Below are positions 29,986 through 40,634 of a stretch of DNA of 64,000 nt, in pieces; positions within the stretch are counted from its first letter, which is position 1; each line of letters opens with the position of its first letter. The position numbers were made by a program, and so were the translations under genes. The notes under the pieces are model-generated. The model had not been told where the DNA came from and searched no databases. It worked only from the letters and a program-made list of their open reading frames with translations. Origin of the DNA: Syntrophomonadaceae bacterium (GTDB lineage: Bacteria; Bacillota; Dethiobacteria; DTU022); contig SKMK01000024.1 in assembly GCA_007121075.1 (NCBI GenBank), positions 1,016-65,015 on the forward strand, given 5' to 3'.

Positions 29986-31171
29986 CTTTTTTCGCTACGA
30001 GTGCTGCACCCTGTGCGGCGAGTGCCTCTACCGGTGTCCCTACATTGATCTAAGCCGGGAAGAAGCGGTGGAGGAAAAAAGAAGGTTTTTGGAAGGGAAA
30101 GAGTCACTGGTCCCAGAGCGCTGTATCAGCTGTTATGCTTGCAACTTGTTCTGTCCCAACGGTTGCAGCCCTTACGAGCTTGTTACCCGGCGGTGGTTTG
30201 AAAGGTACCGGGATAGAGGCCTGCCTGTAAGAGCCCGGTATCTAATGCCCACCTTGCAACCCAACTTCAGGTCCGATTTGGTCCAGGGTTTGGACATGCG
30301 GGAAAAGGAGCTGCTTGAAAAGTGGCGGCAAACCCCACCCGAGGGGGAACTGGTGTTATATCCCGGTTGTAACAGCCTGGCCCTGCCCCATCTCCTGGAT
30401 GCTTCATTTATGAATGGGATCTCTGTTTCCGGGAGCTGGGACCTCTGCTGCGGTGAAATGTATTACCGCATGGGCCTGTTTGATCAGGTTATGCGAAGGG
30501 CTGAAGAATTGACCGACTATTACCGGGACAAAAAGATCGGAACTATGCTTTTTAATTGCCCGGCCTGCTTGAACATGTTTAGAAATGTTCTTCCGGACCA
30601 GTTCGGTGCCCGCTTTAATTTCAGGACCGCCTACCTGGAGACTTATTTGCTGGAGCAGATCGAGGACGGAAATATTCGACCGATTAACAAGATAGGCAAG
30701 ACAGTGACGATTCACGATTCCTGCCAGGGGCGCATCCTGGGGAGAGAGGTGATGTCTGCTAACCGCAGGCTCCTCGAGCAGTGTGGCATTGCAATCGTGG
30801 AAATGGAGCATTCCGGCGAAGATGGTTTGTGCTGCGGGGCCGCTGCCGGGGCAAACAGGCACAACCCTTTTGATATTCTTTCCTCCGCTTCCAGGGCACT
30901 AAAGGAAGGTGAAAAAGTGATGAAGCAAGGTGCCGTTGAGCTGGCCCTCTACTGCGGCGGCTGCCAGCTGACTTTATGCGCCTCCCGGTTTATTGTTCCC
31001 ACCCGGCAGCCTGTGCGCCATGTCCTGGAATATGTTAAAGAGGCCTGCGGCGAAGGAAGCCACAATCCTACAAAGAAACGGTGTGTGCAGATGCTGTTAA
31101 ATATCCTGGTCAAGTGCTTTCCCAAATACTTATCTTCCAGGCGGTTTTGGATCAGTAATAAGCCCGGTTGA
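29912..31171 (+). CDS. Fe-S oxidoreductase with CCG domains (HdrD/GlpC-like)
   Basis: CTLCGECLYRCP, CISCYACNLFCP, YPGC, LCCGE, HDSC, LCCGA; true start may be 29972. Confidence 0.88.
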   Translation: MKTALKFWNRGGRIPKGGVKIGSFDFFRYECCTLCGECLYRCPYIDLSREEAVEEKRRFLEGKESLVPERCISCYACNLFCPNGCSPYELVTRRWFERYRDRGLPVRARYLMPTLQPNFRSDLVQGLDMREKELLEKWRQTPPEGELVLYPGCNSLALPHLLDASFMNGISVSGSWDLCCGEMYYRMGLFDQVMRRAEELTDYYRDKKIGTMLFNCPACLNMFRNVLPDQFGARFNFRTAYLETYLLEQIEDGNIRPINKIGKTVTIHDSCQGRILGREVMSANRRLLEQCGIAIVEMEHSGEDGLCCGAAAGANRHNPFDILSSASRALKEGEKVMKQGAVELALYCGGCQLTLCASRFIVPTRQPVRHVLEYVKEACGEGSHNPTKKRCVQMLLNILVKCFPKYLSSRRFWISNKPG

Positions 31172-31239
31172 TCTTAAAAGGGGTTTACTGATTTTTATAG
31201 AATGTTATTAATTATTATCATAAGGAAGAAGGTGCAATA

Positions 31240-31447
31240 ATGAAGTACGGAGACAGGAGCCAGGTCAAAGGCAGGGTTAAATATATTAAGAAAGGGAATA
31301 TTATGTCGGAGGTTTAGTGGAACTGCCAGGTGGGGGAGAAAAGATTTAGGTGATGATTATAAATTCATTGCGGGATTTGGACCTTAAGGTGGGCGATGAA
31401 GTTAAAGTTGTGGCATATACGGTAATTTCCTGCCGGTTAAAGAATAG
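31240..31447 (+). pseudogene. TOBE/Mop molybdate-binding protein pseudogene
   Basis: MKYGDRSQVKGRVKYIKKGNIMSEV* / VELPGG..*..SLRDLDLKVGDEVKVV. Confidence 0.7.
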
Positions 31448-31455
31448 GAGCTTAT

Positions 31456-32226
31456 ATGAAAAATATGATCAGGGAAAAAATTCAGGAGGAAGCAACCCTG
31501 GGAGTTTTCCAGGGTTTTAACTCTTCAAGCATGGTGGAGATAGTCGGCTACGCTGGAATGGATTTCATAGTTTTTGACTCTGAGCACGGTTACATGTCGC
31601 CTGAAACCATGGAAAACATGGTCCGGGCTGCAGAATGCAGTAAAATTACCCCGTTGATCCGGGTCCCTCAAAACGAAAGGCAGTATATCCTGCGGGCCCT
31701 CGATATTGGAGCCATGGGCATCCATGTCCCTATGATCAACACCAGGGAGGATGCTGAAAAGGCTGTTTATCACGGCAAGTATTATCCCCGGGGAGGAAGA
31801 GGTCTGGCTTTTTCAACACGATCTGCCGGTTACGGGATCGGGCTAAACAAGAGGCAGTACCTGGAAAAAAGCAACCGTGAAACCATGATTGTCGTGCACC
31901 TGGAAACCAGGACAGCTATGGATAACCTTCCCCAGATTCTCGAGGTGGAAGATATCGATGTCCTGTTTATTGGTCCGACCGATCTGGCCCAATCGCTTGG
32001 TTATTACGGAGACCCAGGCCATGAAGAAGTGCAGGAAATGATCTCTGGAGCGATAAATTTGATCGTCAAAGCCGGAAAGGTTCCCGGGGTATTTGTAAGT
32101 GATCTTGCTGCAGCTTCCGGGTGGATCAGTTTGGGAGTAAAATATATTGCAGGGGGCGTTAGTGGTATATGTTCCGGGGCTTTTCAGAAATTTAAAGAGG
32201 ACTTTAAAGGCCTGATAACTGAATAA
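31456..32226 (+). CDS. HpcH/HpaI aldolase
   Basis: DSEHG, RVP, YYPRGGRG, HLET, FIGPTDL. Confidence 0.92.
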   Translation: MKNMIREKIQEEATLGVFQGFNSSSMVEIVGYAGMDFIVFDSEHGYMSPETMENMVRAAECSKITPLIRVPQNERQYILRALDIGAMGIHVPMINTREDAEKAVYHGKYYPRGGRGLAFSTRSAGYGIGLNKRQYLEKSNRETMIVVHLETRTAMDNLPQILEVEDIDVLFIGPTDLAQSLGYYGDPGHEEVQEMISGAINLIVKAGKVPGVFVSDLAAASGWISLGVKYIAGGVSGICSGAFQKFKEDFKGLITE

Positions 32227-32445
32227 GATCTCTGAATTTCCGGTTTAAAGAATAAAATGGTGTACCGGCTATTGAGGAAAAGGATGAATTGATTTAAAAA
32301 GCTAAGGCGGCAGGAGGAATGTTAAATTGCCCTGAACAGGGACAGGGTCGATTTGAGTTAAGCGGTAAAACAAGCTAAAGTGTTAATATTGTGTTATAAT
32401 CATTTATAAATTAATATCTTTTCCAGTTAGAAAAGGAAGACAACT

Positions 32446-33840
32446 ATGATTAGATTCAGCTTGTTCCGGACCTTGAGTATACGTTGCTCCCATTATATTA
32501 TCAGTTCCGCTTTAATTATCTTATTAGCGCTTGGCTCATTCCATTATCAGAACAGCCAGGTATATGTAGTGTCTGCTGGTGGGCATGAACTGGGTGTAGT
32601 AGAAGATGCCCGGGAAATAGATTTTTTTGTTGAAGAATTAACCGAAGAGTACAGCGCCCTTTACAGCATGGACCTGGAGTTCACTAAAAAAATAACCATG
32701 ATCAAAGAACTGCGACCGGACTGTGAACCGGACCCGGAAACGGTTCGTAAAAGAATCAGGCAGATCGGCTCCTTTTTAGCCGATGCCTACATGATCAAGG
32801 TTGATGGAAAACCCTTTGTTCCGGTGGCTAGTGAAGATGACCTGGATCAGGTGGTTGAAGCACTTAAAGATGAATATACCGGTGAATGTGAACGCGCCAC
32901 CGCTAAAGTGCTTGATTTTATAGTTGCAGAAAATCTTGACCTGCAGGAAATCCGGGTTGAGCCGGAGCAGGTTTTTACAGCGGCAGAAGCAGCCTCACTG
33001 CTTAAAGCTAATGGCAGTAAAGCTCCTCTTATAATGGCGGATGCCGGCTTGTTTGAAGACCGACTAAATGATTTGCATCTTCCTTCTATACTTGAGCATG
33101 AGTTCAACTCGGCTCCATCCCATTTGGAAGTGGTGGTCCCTGGTTCTGAACCAGTAACGGAAAAGACTCCTGTCGAAGATATTACCGTAAGCGTAAAATC
33201 CCTGGAAGAAGTTACTGAAATTGAACCGATTCCTTATTCAACTGAATATATTTATGATGATGATATGCTTATCTCAGAAAAAGAAGTTAAAGAAGTTGGC
33301 AGTGACGGAGAAAAAGAGATTGTTTACCAGGTAGAACGGGAAAACGGGATTGAAATCGAGCGTAAGGTTATTAGTGAAAAAGTTATAAAAGAACCTGAAC
33401 CGCAGGTTGAGATCAAGGGCCTTAAAGAACCGCCGTCGATTGGGACCGGCCAGTTTGTGTGGCCCGTCCGGGGTAAAGGGGTCGTCTATAATGGATTTAG
33501 TTCCAGGCACACGGGGATCGACATCCACATCGAGCAAGGCACCAGTGTTCTTGCCGCCGATGACGGCGTAGTAACATTTGATGGTTATGGAGATACCCAG
33601 GGTAAATACTTGATCCTTCGGCATGGTAAATACTGGACCCTTTATCTGCATAACAGTGAACACCTGGTTTCAAAAGGAGACCGGGTATCCAGGGGCCAGC
33701 CAATTGCCAAAGTTGGGGCCACAGGACGTGCATTCGGTTCACACCTTCACTTTGAAGTGCGGGTCGATGATGGCTCCCGGGAGTGGAATTCCTACTACCA
33801 GCACCGGCCTGTTGACCCCTTGCAGTTTTATAACCGCTGA
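32446..33840 (+). CDS. G5 + M23 metallopeptidase
   Basis: G5-like GSDGEKEIVY; HTGIDI, YLHN, HLHFEVR. Confidence 0.9.
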   Translation: MIRFSLFRTLSIRCSHYIISSALIILLALGSFHYQNSQVYVVSAGGHELGVVEDAREIDFFVEELTEEYSALYSMDLEFTKKITMIKELRPDCEPDPETVRKRIRQIGSFLADAYMIKVDGKPFVPVASEDDLDQVVEALKDEYTGECERATAKVLDFIVAENLDLQEIRVEPEQVFTAAEAASLLKANGSKAPLIMADAGLFEDRLNDLHLPSILEHEFNSAPSHLEVVVPGSEPVTEKTPVEDITVSVKSLEEVTEIEPIPYSTEYIYDDDMLISEKEVKEVGSDGEKEIVYQVERENGIEIERKVISEKVIKEPEPQVEIKGLKEPPSIGTGQFVWPVRGKGVVYNGFSSRHTGIDIHIEQGTSVLAADDGVVTFDGYGDTQGKYLILRHGKYWTLYLHNSEHLVSKGDRVSRGQPIAKVGATGRAFGSHLHFEVRVDDGSREWNSYYQHRPVDPLQFYNR

Positions 33841-33844
33841 TTAT

Positions 33845-34489
33845 CTATAAATCGCTTTGATCTTTACCTAACGACATTAAGTGACAGGTGTCATTTAGTT
33901 TAACCAGGATGAAACCGGCTTCGGTAAAGTTTAGTTCGTTGATACAGGCGGTATTTTGCCTCAGTTTCCAAAAAGCGTTAGAGCCAAGACCCAAGAGCCG
34001 GCAGAGAAGGGTCTTGTTGACTGCACGGTGTGAAATAATCACTTTTGTTTTATGAGGCCGGGCAAAGGCCAGCCTGTAAATTGCTTTTTCAGTACGATCA
34101 GCAATAGCATCAAGACTTTCTCCGCCGGGAAAGGTTACTTTTTCCGGTTCTTTTTCCCACAGTGCAAACAATTCAGGGTAGCTTTCCCGGACCTGGGGCA
34201 GGGTTTTTCCTTCCCATTTTCCAAAACATATATCGTTAAAAGCTTCTTCCTTGACAATTCTTTTCTCCTGTTTGTAGAAAGCGGCAGCAATGCAGGCAGT
34301 TTCATAGGCCCTGGAAAGGGGGCTTGAAAAAAACTGTGGATCTTTAAGTTTCCACTGAAAGAGAGCTTCACCCAGAGCGCCAGCCTGCCTGCGTCCAAAA
34401 TCGTTTAAAGGTATGTCAGCCTGTCCGCGGAAAATTTCTTCCTGGTTCCACCGGGTTTCGCCGTGGCGTATAAGTAGTATGTCTGCCAT
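33845..34489 (-). CDS. Histidine phosphatase family protein
   Basis: LIRHGET, SSPLSRAYETA, FGKWEG, ISH. Confidence 0.92.
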   Translation of the reverse strand: MADILLIRHGETRWNQEEIFRGQADIPLNDFGRRQAGALGEALFQWKLKDPQFFSSPLSRAYETACIAAAFYKQEKRIVKEEAFNDICFGKWEGKTLPQVRESYPELFALWEKEPEKVTFPGGESLDAIADRTEKAIYRLAFARPHKTKVIISHRAVNKTLLCRLLGLGSNAFWKLRQNTACINELNFTEAGFILVKLNDTCHLMSLGKDQSDL

Positions 34490-34763
34490 GTCGCACCGCC
34501 TTCTTATATTTTAGCTAACTTTTCAGGGGTAAAAAACTGTTGACAGCTTCCGGGCTCGATAATACAAATCTAATTATAGCCCCGGTTAATTATCGGCACA
34601 AGAGGGCCCTGTAGCGTTTACCTGGAAAAGCTGCATTGCCGGCAGCAACTCAAAAACATCCCCTTGTAGGGTTTTTTGAGATAACGGTGAAAGTTGTTAT
34701 AATTTATTTATGCAGCTTGATTAAAAAATATACAGGGCCTATACAGTAAAGGAGGGGCTGATT

Positions 34764-35402
34764 ATGTCGTGGAAAACTGCCAAGAGGCTTTGGGAAGCCA
34801 ACCAGGATCTTGCCGAAGCCTGTTTGAATCACCCTTTTGTCCGGGGGATAGCAAGTGGTGATCTTTCCCGGGGAAGCTTTAAGTTTTATGTTGGCCAGGA
34901 CGCTTTCTTCCTGGAGTCTTTTGCCCGGGCTTATGCTTTAGCCCTGGCCAAGGCACCAACCGGGACTTCGATCTATGCTTTTCGAGATCAACTTGACGGA
35001 GTTCTTGATGAGCTGCGTTTGCATCAAACTTATGCTAAAAGGTGGGGGATCGAGTTGGCCCCGGAACCGGCCTCGGCAACCAGGTCTTACACCGATTTCC
35101 TGCTCAGAGTGGCCTGGAGCGAACCTGTTGAAAGTATTATGGCGGCAATGATGCCCTGTATGCGCCTTTATTCCTACCTGGGTCAACAGCTAGCCCCCCG
35201 GCTTAACCCGGACAGTCCCTACCGGGAGTGGGTTGACACTTACTCGGCTGATGATTTTGATTTACTGGCCGGCAAATTAGAGGATTTATACAATGAACAT
35301 TTGGGCCATGAGCAGCCCGCTACCCGGGCGGAAGGTTACTACCGCACTGCCATGAAACTGGAACTGGCTTTCTTTCAGCAGGCTTATGAATATTCCTTGT
35401 AA
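34764..35402 (+). CDS. tenA: TenA thiaminase II family protein
   Basis: HPFV, YVGQDAFFL, PCMRLY, YREWVDTY, ELAFF. Confidence 0.9.
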   Translation: MSWKTAKRLWEANQDLAEACLNHPFVRGIASGDLSRGSFKFYVGQDAFFLESFARAYALALAKAPTGTSIYAFRDQLDGVLDELRLHQTYAKRWGIELAPEPASATRSYTDFLLRVAWSEPVESIMAAMMPCMRLYSYLGQQLAPRLNPDSPYREWVDTYSADDFDLLAGKLEDLYNEHLGHEQPATRAEGYYRTAMKLELAFFQQAYEYSL

Positions 35403-35406
35403 ATAA

Positions 35407-36609
35407 TTAACTTGTGGCTGTTTTTTCGCGCGGACCCAGCTTCGTTTCACCAGAAGAGATCAAGGCAAATCGTTCGCCTAAAGGTCCGATTACCGAACAT
35501 ACTGCAACTGCGGCCAACTCAACTGCGGTTATAACCGGTGCAATATCGGGATAAGTTTTTTGGACAATGATCAGCAGTCCGATAGTCAAACCGGCCTTGG
35601 AAAACATGCCAAAACCAAGATATTTTTGGATTTTACGTTCTGCTCCGGCCAGCTTTGCTCCCAGGAAAGTGCCTCCCACCTTGCCAATGCCACGGGCCAC
35701 TATATAGGCTGCTGTAATTAACCAGTTTTCTAGAAGGACATCAATACGCAAACTGGACCCGGCTAACAGGAAAAAAGCTATATAGACCGGAAGATCAATG
35801 TCGTCGAACGTATGAACCAATTTTGCAGGACTGTGGTGCACATTGGCGATAAGGACTCCGGCCGTCATGTTGGCCAAAAGCGGTGATAAATGAAATATTT
35901 GTGCTATACCGCTGTTTAATAACACGAAACCAATTAACAAAACCAGGATTTGAATTCTTCGATCCAAAAACCGGGCACAGATCAGAATTATCATGCCGCT
36001 GGCTGCCCCTAAAAGCAATGAGCCGGCAATTTCAACCAACGGCTCATAAAGAGACATAATTTCCAGTGTTCCTCCGCGCAGAAAAACTCCTGAAACCGCC
36101 ATTACAATGGCGAAAAAGATCAGGCAGGCCGCATCTAAAAATGCCACTACCCCAAGTAGGGTCGTGGTAAACGGGCCCCTGGCCTGGTATTCTCTTACAT
36201 TAGCCATCGGAGATGCGGGGGCGGAGGCGGTAGCTATGGCTCCAAGGATCAGGGCTACCGGGATCGGAACATCAAACACAAAGTACATAATCGCGAATAC
36301 AACAATAGATGTTCCTACAACCTGGAGTATTGTAATTGCGGCTATCGAGCCAATGATGCTTTTCATTTTTTTGTACTCAAGCTCTCCGCCTATGGTGATA
36401 GCGATCATGCCCAGGCCAAAAAGCTTGATTAGCTCAAATTCTTCGTTCAATTGTTCGGGAACAATGTGCAAAAGAGACGGGCTCATCAGGAGTCCAACTA
36501 CTATGAATCCTACAACCATCGGTGCTTTAACTTTTTGGGCCAATTTACCGCCCAGTAAACCAAGTAATATAATTAATGCTAAGCCTAAACTTTGCTGGTA
36601 AACAGGCAA
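35407..36609 (-). CDS. Cation:proton antiporter
   Basis: Multi-TM protein; ATASAPA, GVVAFLDA. Confidence 0.88.
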   Translation of the reverse strand: MPVYQQSLGLALIILLGLLGGKLAQKVKAPMVVGFIVVGLLMSPSLLHIVPEQLNEEFELIKLFGLGMIAITIGGELEYKKMKSIIGSIAAITILQVVGTSIVVFAIMYFVFDVPIPVALILGAIATASAPASPMANVREYQARGPFTTTLLGVVAFLDAACLIFFAIVMAVSGVFLRGGTLEIMSLYEPLVEIAGSLLLGAASGMIILICARFLDRRIQILVLLIGFVLLNSGIAQIFHLSPLLANMTAGVLIANVHHSPAKLVHTFDDIDLPVYIAFFLLAGSSLRIDVLLENWLITAAYIVARGIGKVGGTFLGAKLAGAERKIQKYLGFGMFSKAGLTIGLLIIVQKTYPDIAPVITAVELAAVAVCSVIGPLGERFALISSGETKLGPREKTATS

Positions 36610-36630
36610 GACTATCTGCCTCCTAATATG

Positions 36631-36981
36631 TTATTGTTTGTTGTTAGGTGAAAAACCTTTCAGCCTGGCCAGGGGAAAAACACAAGCAATGCCTGTTCCC
36701 GGTTCATCAAAACTGCCTGTGATTTTTTCCACTTCCTGGACCGCCCGGTCGTATTGTTCCAGGCTTTCTACAACGGACAAAATGGTAGTATTATAGGGTC
36801 GGCACTGTTCGTAAATTAAAGATCTCAGTCCGCCTACTACCGGGCTTTCGCAGTTCATAAAAGTTTGCCCCATACCCCGGGAATCGAAGATAGTGGCTCC
36901 CCTGATCCCAATATTGTAGAACATCTCCAGTATTTCGTTAACTGTTTCTGTTTTGTTTATAACAATCACCATTAGATACAA
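36631..36981 (-). CDS. PII-like protein
   Basis: GIRGATIFDSRGMG, PGTGIACVFP; precedes the antiporter. Confidence 0.8.
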   Translation of the reverse strand: MYLMVIVINKTETVNEILEMFYNIGIRGATIFDSRGMGQTFMNCESPVVGGLRSLIYEQCRPYNTTILSVVESLEQYDRAVQEVEKITGSFDEPGTGIACVFPLARLKGFSPNNKQ

Positions 36982-37144
36982 TAAGTGCCCCTCCTTTCAT
37001 TAAATTCGATAGAAGCGCCATTTACACATGGTGGATGATGATCGAGTATTCAATTTCCTGTAAGTAATATCCTGCAAAAAATTGACTTAAGGGGATAGTA
37101 TCTTTGCCAGATAAAAAAAGGAAAAGCCGGCGGGAAATAAAATA

Positions 37145-37166
37145 AAGCCGGCGTTTAAGCCGGCTT
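37145..37166 (-). terminator. Terminator of the cold-shock gene
   Basis: AAGCCGGC-gtttaa-GCCGGCTT. Confidence 0.65.
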
Positions 37167-37207
37167 ATTAAGTAAGATTAATATTTCTAGTATTGGGGAT
37201 AAACCTA

Positions 37208-37405
37208 TTAGAGCTTTACTACATTTGTAGCTTGCGGGCCCCGGTCGGCTTCGATTACCTCGAATTCAACTTGTTGGCCTTCCTCTAATGTTTTGAACCC
37301 TTCTTCCTGGATAGCAGAGTAATGAACGAAAACATCATTACCATCTTCTTTTTCGATAAAACCGTACCCTTTTTCAGGGTTAAACCACTTAACACTGCCT
37401 TGCAT
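37208..37405 (-). CDS. cspA: Cold-shock protein
   Basis: [26 protein letters not shown]; GGAGG before ATG 37405. Confidence 0.95.
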   Translation of the reverse strand: MQGSVKWFNPEKGYGFIEKEDGNDVFVHYSAIQEEGFKTLEEGQQVEFEVIEADRGPQATNVVKL

Positions 37406-37694
37406 TAAATAATAACCTCCTAAAATATAGCCCTCAGGGGCGTTCGTTGTATGATAAACAATAACATAAATATGATGAGGAAGCAAGGGCTATGGCCTGC
37501 TCAAGCCATTTGCGCTGTAGGTAATAATTGCTTTAAAAAAGCTAGTTGCCCCAATGTCAAAGATCGCAAATGGCTCTGTTCATCAATATTTTATGTAGAT
37601 GAAGGCCATGGTTTTATAAAAAGCTCCAGATGGGAGGAAATATTGTTCAGAGCTATAATTAAATAAGTCATAATTGTTTAAGTGATCCAGTTAA

Positions 37695-37850
37695 GCCTGT
37701 ATAATTGTGTAACTTAGAGCCACTTCTTCTCACCTTTGGTTAGAATGTAATTGACGAAAAAAACCTAACTGAGAGGAGATTTGAAATGGCTCAATACCAG
37801 GTTACAGTACATTTAAAAAATTTACATCAACTTTTATGGCTAATTCAAAA
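37695..37850 (+). mobile_element. IS256-like left-end remnant
   Basis: CTGTATAATT end-like sequence, GAGGAG RBS, then MAQYQVTVHLKNLHQLL and a stop; resembles Firmicute IS256 transposase starts. Confidence 0.55.
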
Positions 37851-37902
37851 GATTCAGGAATGTCAGCGTTGCTAAAAACAGTATTGAAAAAGGGAGGTCC
37901 TT

Positions 37903-38601
37903 ATGAAAACAATTGGCATGCTGGGAGGAATGAGCTGGGAATCGACTCTGAGCTATTACCGCGTGGTTAATGAAGGTGTTAAAGAAGCCCTGGGAGGACT
38001 TCATTCCGCAAAAGTGGTTCTCTACAGTGTTGACTTTGCCGAAATTGAAATGCTGCAGCACAGGGGGGACTGGGAAAAGACGGCTGAAATACTGGCAGAA
38101 GCTGCCGTGTCTGTGGAAAAGGCGGGTGCAGATCTTTTAATAATCTGCACCAATACCATGCATATTGTCACCCCAAAGATCGAGAAAGCCATCACAATTC
38201 CGCTTCTCCATATTGCTGATGCGACCGCTGACACTTTAAAAAAGGACGGGATTAACCGGGTCGGCCTTCTGGGGACCAGGTTTACCATGGAACAGCCCTT
38301 TTACAGAAACCGGCTGGAAGAGAAGTTTAATATTGAAGTTATAGTCCCAAATGAGGAAGAGCGCAGGATTGTCCATGATGTCATCTACCGGGAGCTTTGT
38401 CTCGGGAAAGTCAGGGAAGAATCAAAGGAACGATTTCTTGCTATAATAGACGGCCTGGAGAAGCAAGGTGCGGAAGCGGTAATCTTAGGCTGTACGGAAA
38501 TTGCTCTTCTGGTAAACCAAGATGATACCGGGGTACCACTTTATGATACCGCGGTTATCCACGCTAAAAAGGCGGTCGAAATGGCCCTGGAAAGAGCTTG
38601 A
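37903..38601 (+). CDS. Asp/Glu racemase family (YgeA/RacX-like)
   Basis: GGMSWEST, ICTNTMH, LGCTEI. Confidence 0.93.
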   Translation: MKTIGMLGGMSWESTLSYYRVVNEGVKEALGGLHSAKVVLYSVDFAEIEMLQHRGDWEKTAEILAEAAVSVEKAGADLLIICTNTMHIVTPKIEKAITIPLLHIADATADTLKKDGINRVGLLGTRFTMEQPFYRNRLEEKFNIEVIVPNEEERRIVHDVIYRELCLGKVREESKERFLAIIDGLEKQGAEAVILGCTEIALLVNQDDTGVPLYDTAVIHAKKAVEMALERA

Positions 38602-38708
38602 ATAGTTTTATAATTCCATGGGGCAGGACTAAAAGCTTGAACAGCGAAATGTTTGTTTTAAATGTTTATCTCTAAATTTTTCCACGCTTAACGGTTAAGG
38701 AGGTTATA

Positions 38709-39398
38709 TTGATGAAGATGGTCTATGAGGGTAAAACCAAAGATGTTTTTGAGTTGGAGGACGGCAACTACCTCTTACAATTCAAAGATGATGTTACCGG
38801 GGAAGAGGGAGTATTCGATCCCGGCGCCAACAGGGTAGGACTTACTATCGAAGGGGCCGGCAGGGCGGGCCTGCGTCTTTCAAAAATGTTTTTCGAACTA
38901 CTGCAAGAAAGGGGTATTCCCACCCATTATGTTGAGGCCGACCCGGAAAAGGCAACCATGACGGTTAAACCGGCTCAACCTTTCGGCAACGGGATTGAAG
39001 TAATTTGCCGTTTTAAAGCGGTGGGAAGTTTCATGCGCCGTTACGGCATGTATGTGCGGGAAGGCCAATCCCTGGACAGGTTTATTGAATTTACTCTAAA
39101 AGATGACGATCGCGGAGACCCACCCATCACCGAAGATTGTTTGGCCACACTTGGGCTCTTGTCCGAGGAGGAGTGCGAGACAATTAAAAAGTTAACCCGG
39201 GAAATATGCACCATCATCAAAGATGAGCTGGAGGAAAAGGGCATTGAGCTTTATGATATTAAACTTGAATTCGGACGGTTGAAAGAAGACGGCCTGATTG
39301 TTTTGGTTGACGAAATATCAGGCGGTAATATGAGGGCCTACAAGGATGGTGAGCGTCTCGAGCCCCTGGAGCTGGAAAAGGCCCTGCTCAGCGGATGA
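38709..39398 (+). CDS. purC: SAICAR synthase
   Basis: YEGKTK, FKDD, LKDD, DIKLEFG, DEIS. Confidence 0.9.
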   Translation: MMKMVYEGKTKDVFELEDGNYLLQFKDDVTGEEGVFDPGANRVGLTIEGAGRAGLRLSKMFFELLQERGIPTHYVEADPEKATMTVKPAQPFGNGIEVICRFKAVGSFMRRYGMYVREGQSLDRFIEFTLKDDDRGDPPITEDCLATLGLLSEEECETIKKLTREICTIIKDELEEKGIELYDIKLEFGRLKEDGLIVLVDEISGGNMRAYKDGERLEPLELEKALLSG

Positions 39399-39485
39399 TG
39401 GGTAACGCCGAATTAAGTAAGGCGGTTGTGATATTTTTGATATGCGGTTGTGATTCCTGGCAAGAAATGTTTTAGGGTAGTTTTA

Positions 39486-39520
39486 AAGAAACCAGGGGAA
39501 AGGTTTTCCCCTGGTTTCTT
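39486..39520. terminator. Bidirectional terminator
   Basis: 16-bp perfect inverted repeat AAGAAACCAGGGGAAA/TTTCCCCTGGTTTCTT between convergent genes. Confidence 0.8.
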
Positions 39521-39567
39521 GCAGGTGCATTTAGAGGCTTATAGCGATATTCCTTTACCAGGAATTT

Positions 39568-40089
39568 TTAAAACAGGACATGCCACGCTGGAAGTGCAGC
39601 CTTGCCGGGCGCTAAATTATCCATCGAAAAAGTTTCTATAATCTCCGCTTTTCCTTCCACGACCATGTCTTCATATACATAACCGTGCGACCACTGGCTG
39701 CTGATATCAATATACCGCCTGGTAGTGCCTCCCGTGGTACTGGCTTCCTGCTCAATATGGAAATAATCTCCCACGTAGTCTTCGCCTTTTACCACTTCCG
39801 GCTGACCTTCTTCGTCCAGCTTGATCCCGAAGGCGTCTTTTTTGACTTCATAGGTAGTGCCTTCTTTGACCTTTTCGTCATAAGACCCGTAGGCTGCCTC
39901 AAAATCTTGTTTCAACCTGCCTTCTTCTCCGGGCTCTGCTTCAACCTGGACGGCCCAGATCTGATCGCTTACAGCTTCTTTTTTCCCCTCTTGAAAGCTG
40001 ATGGTAGAACTTACAGTAAACCCGGTTGTGAAAAGTGCGATCCAGCATATTGTTATTGCCATCAGATTAAATTTATTATTACTTTTCAT
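39568..40089 (-). CDS. Secreted hypothetical protein, paralog of 62619-63128
   Basis: Signal-like N-terminus; shared ~56-aa core; ends PAWHVLF. Confidence 0.8.
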   Translation of the reverse strand: MKSNNKFNLMAITICWIALFTTGFTVSSTISFQEGKKEAVSDQIWAVQVEAEPGEEGRLKQDFEAAYGSYDEKVKEGTTYEVKKDAFGIKLDEEGQPEVVKGEDYVGDYFHIEQEASTTGGTTRRYIDISSQWSHGYVYEDMVVEGKAEIIETFSMDNLAPGKAALPAWHVLF

Positions 40090-40370
40090 AATCCTAAGAT
40101 CTCCTTATTTTTAAGCCTGGACACAGCATTTTCAGATCTCCGCTTGCCTTCTTTTTCGCTTTGAAATTAACATATAGAATTATGTTATGTCAATTTCCAT
40201 CGCCGGCGGTATTTGGCGTTTTAGCCCCCGGTACAGTTTAATTCGCGGGTTTTTAGATACTTACATAACGGAAGGATAAAGGGTTAGTTTGCCATCGTTT
40301 GGGTAAGAATATAAAATAAATACAGGTTATATTAGCTTTAACCCGGATCATAAAGGAGGATAGAGCAGGT

Positions 40371-40634
40371 TTGTCCAGGAAAAGTCATACTCTTGATTTA
40401 CATCCCATTTACAATAAGGGAGATAAGATTGATGCTGCGCTGGAGCAGGCAATGAATGATGCCGAAGAAGCGAAGGCCAGCGAACTGGAGATAATCTGCG
40501 GCAAAGGAAGCGGACAGTTAAAGAAACGGGTCCTCCGGTTTCTTGATCGTAAAGATATTCGGGCCCGCTATCGCCGCCTGAAAAAGGACCCTGATGATTT
40601 TGGCCGGGTTTTTGTATATTTTAAGTGGAAATGA
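40371..40634 (+). CDS. Standalone Smr/MutS2 domain protein
   Basis: LDLH, IICGKGSGQLKKRV. Confidence 0.88.
   Translation: MSRKSHTLDLHPIYNKGDKIDAALEQAMNDAEEAKASELEIICGKGSGQLKKRVLRFLDRKDIRARYRRLKKDPDDFGRVFVYFKWK

Noticed and set aside
37903-38601. Racemase as the missing proline racemase PrdF
   Set aside because: Motifs (CTNT, GCTE) are Asp/Glu racemase family, not proline racemase (MCGH, DRSPCGTG).
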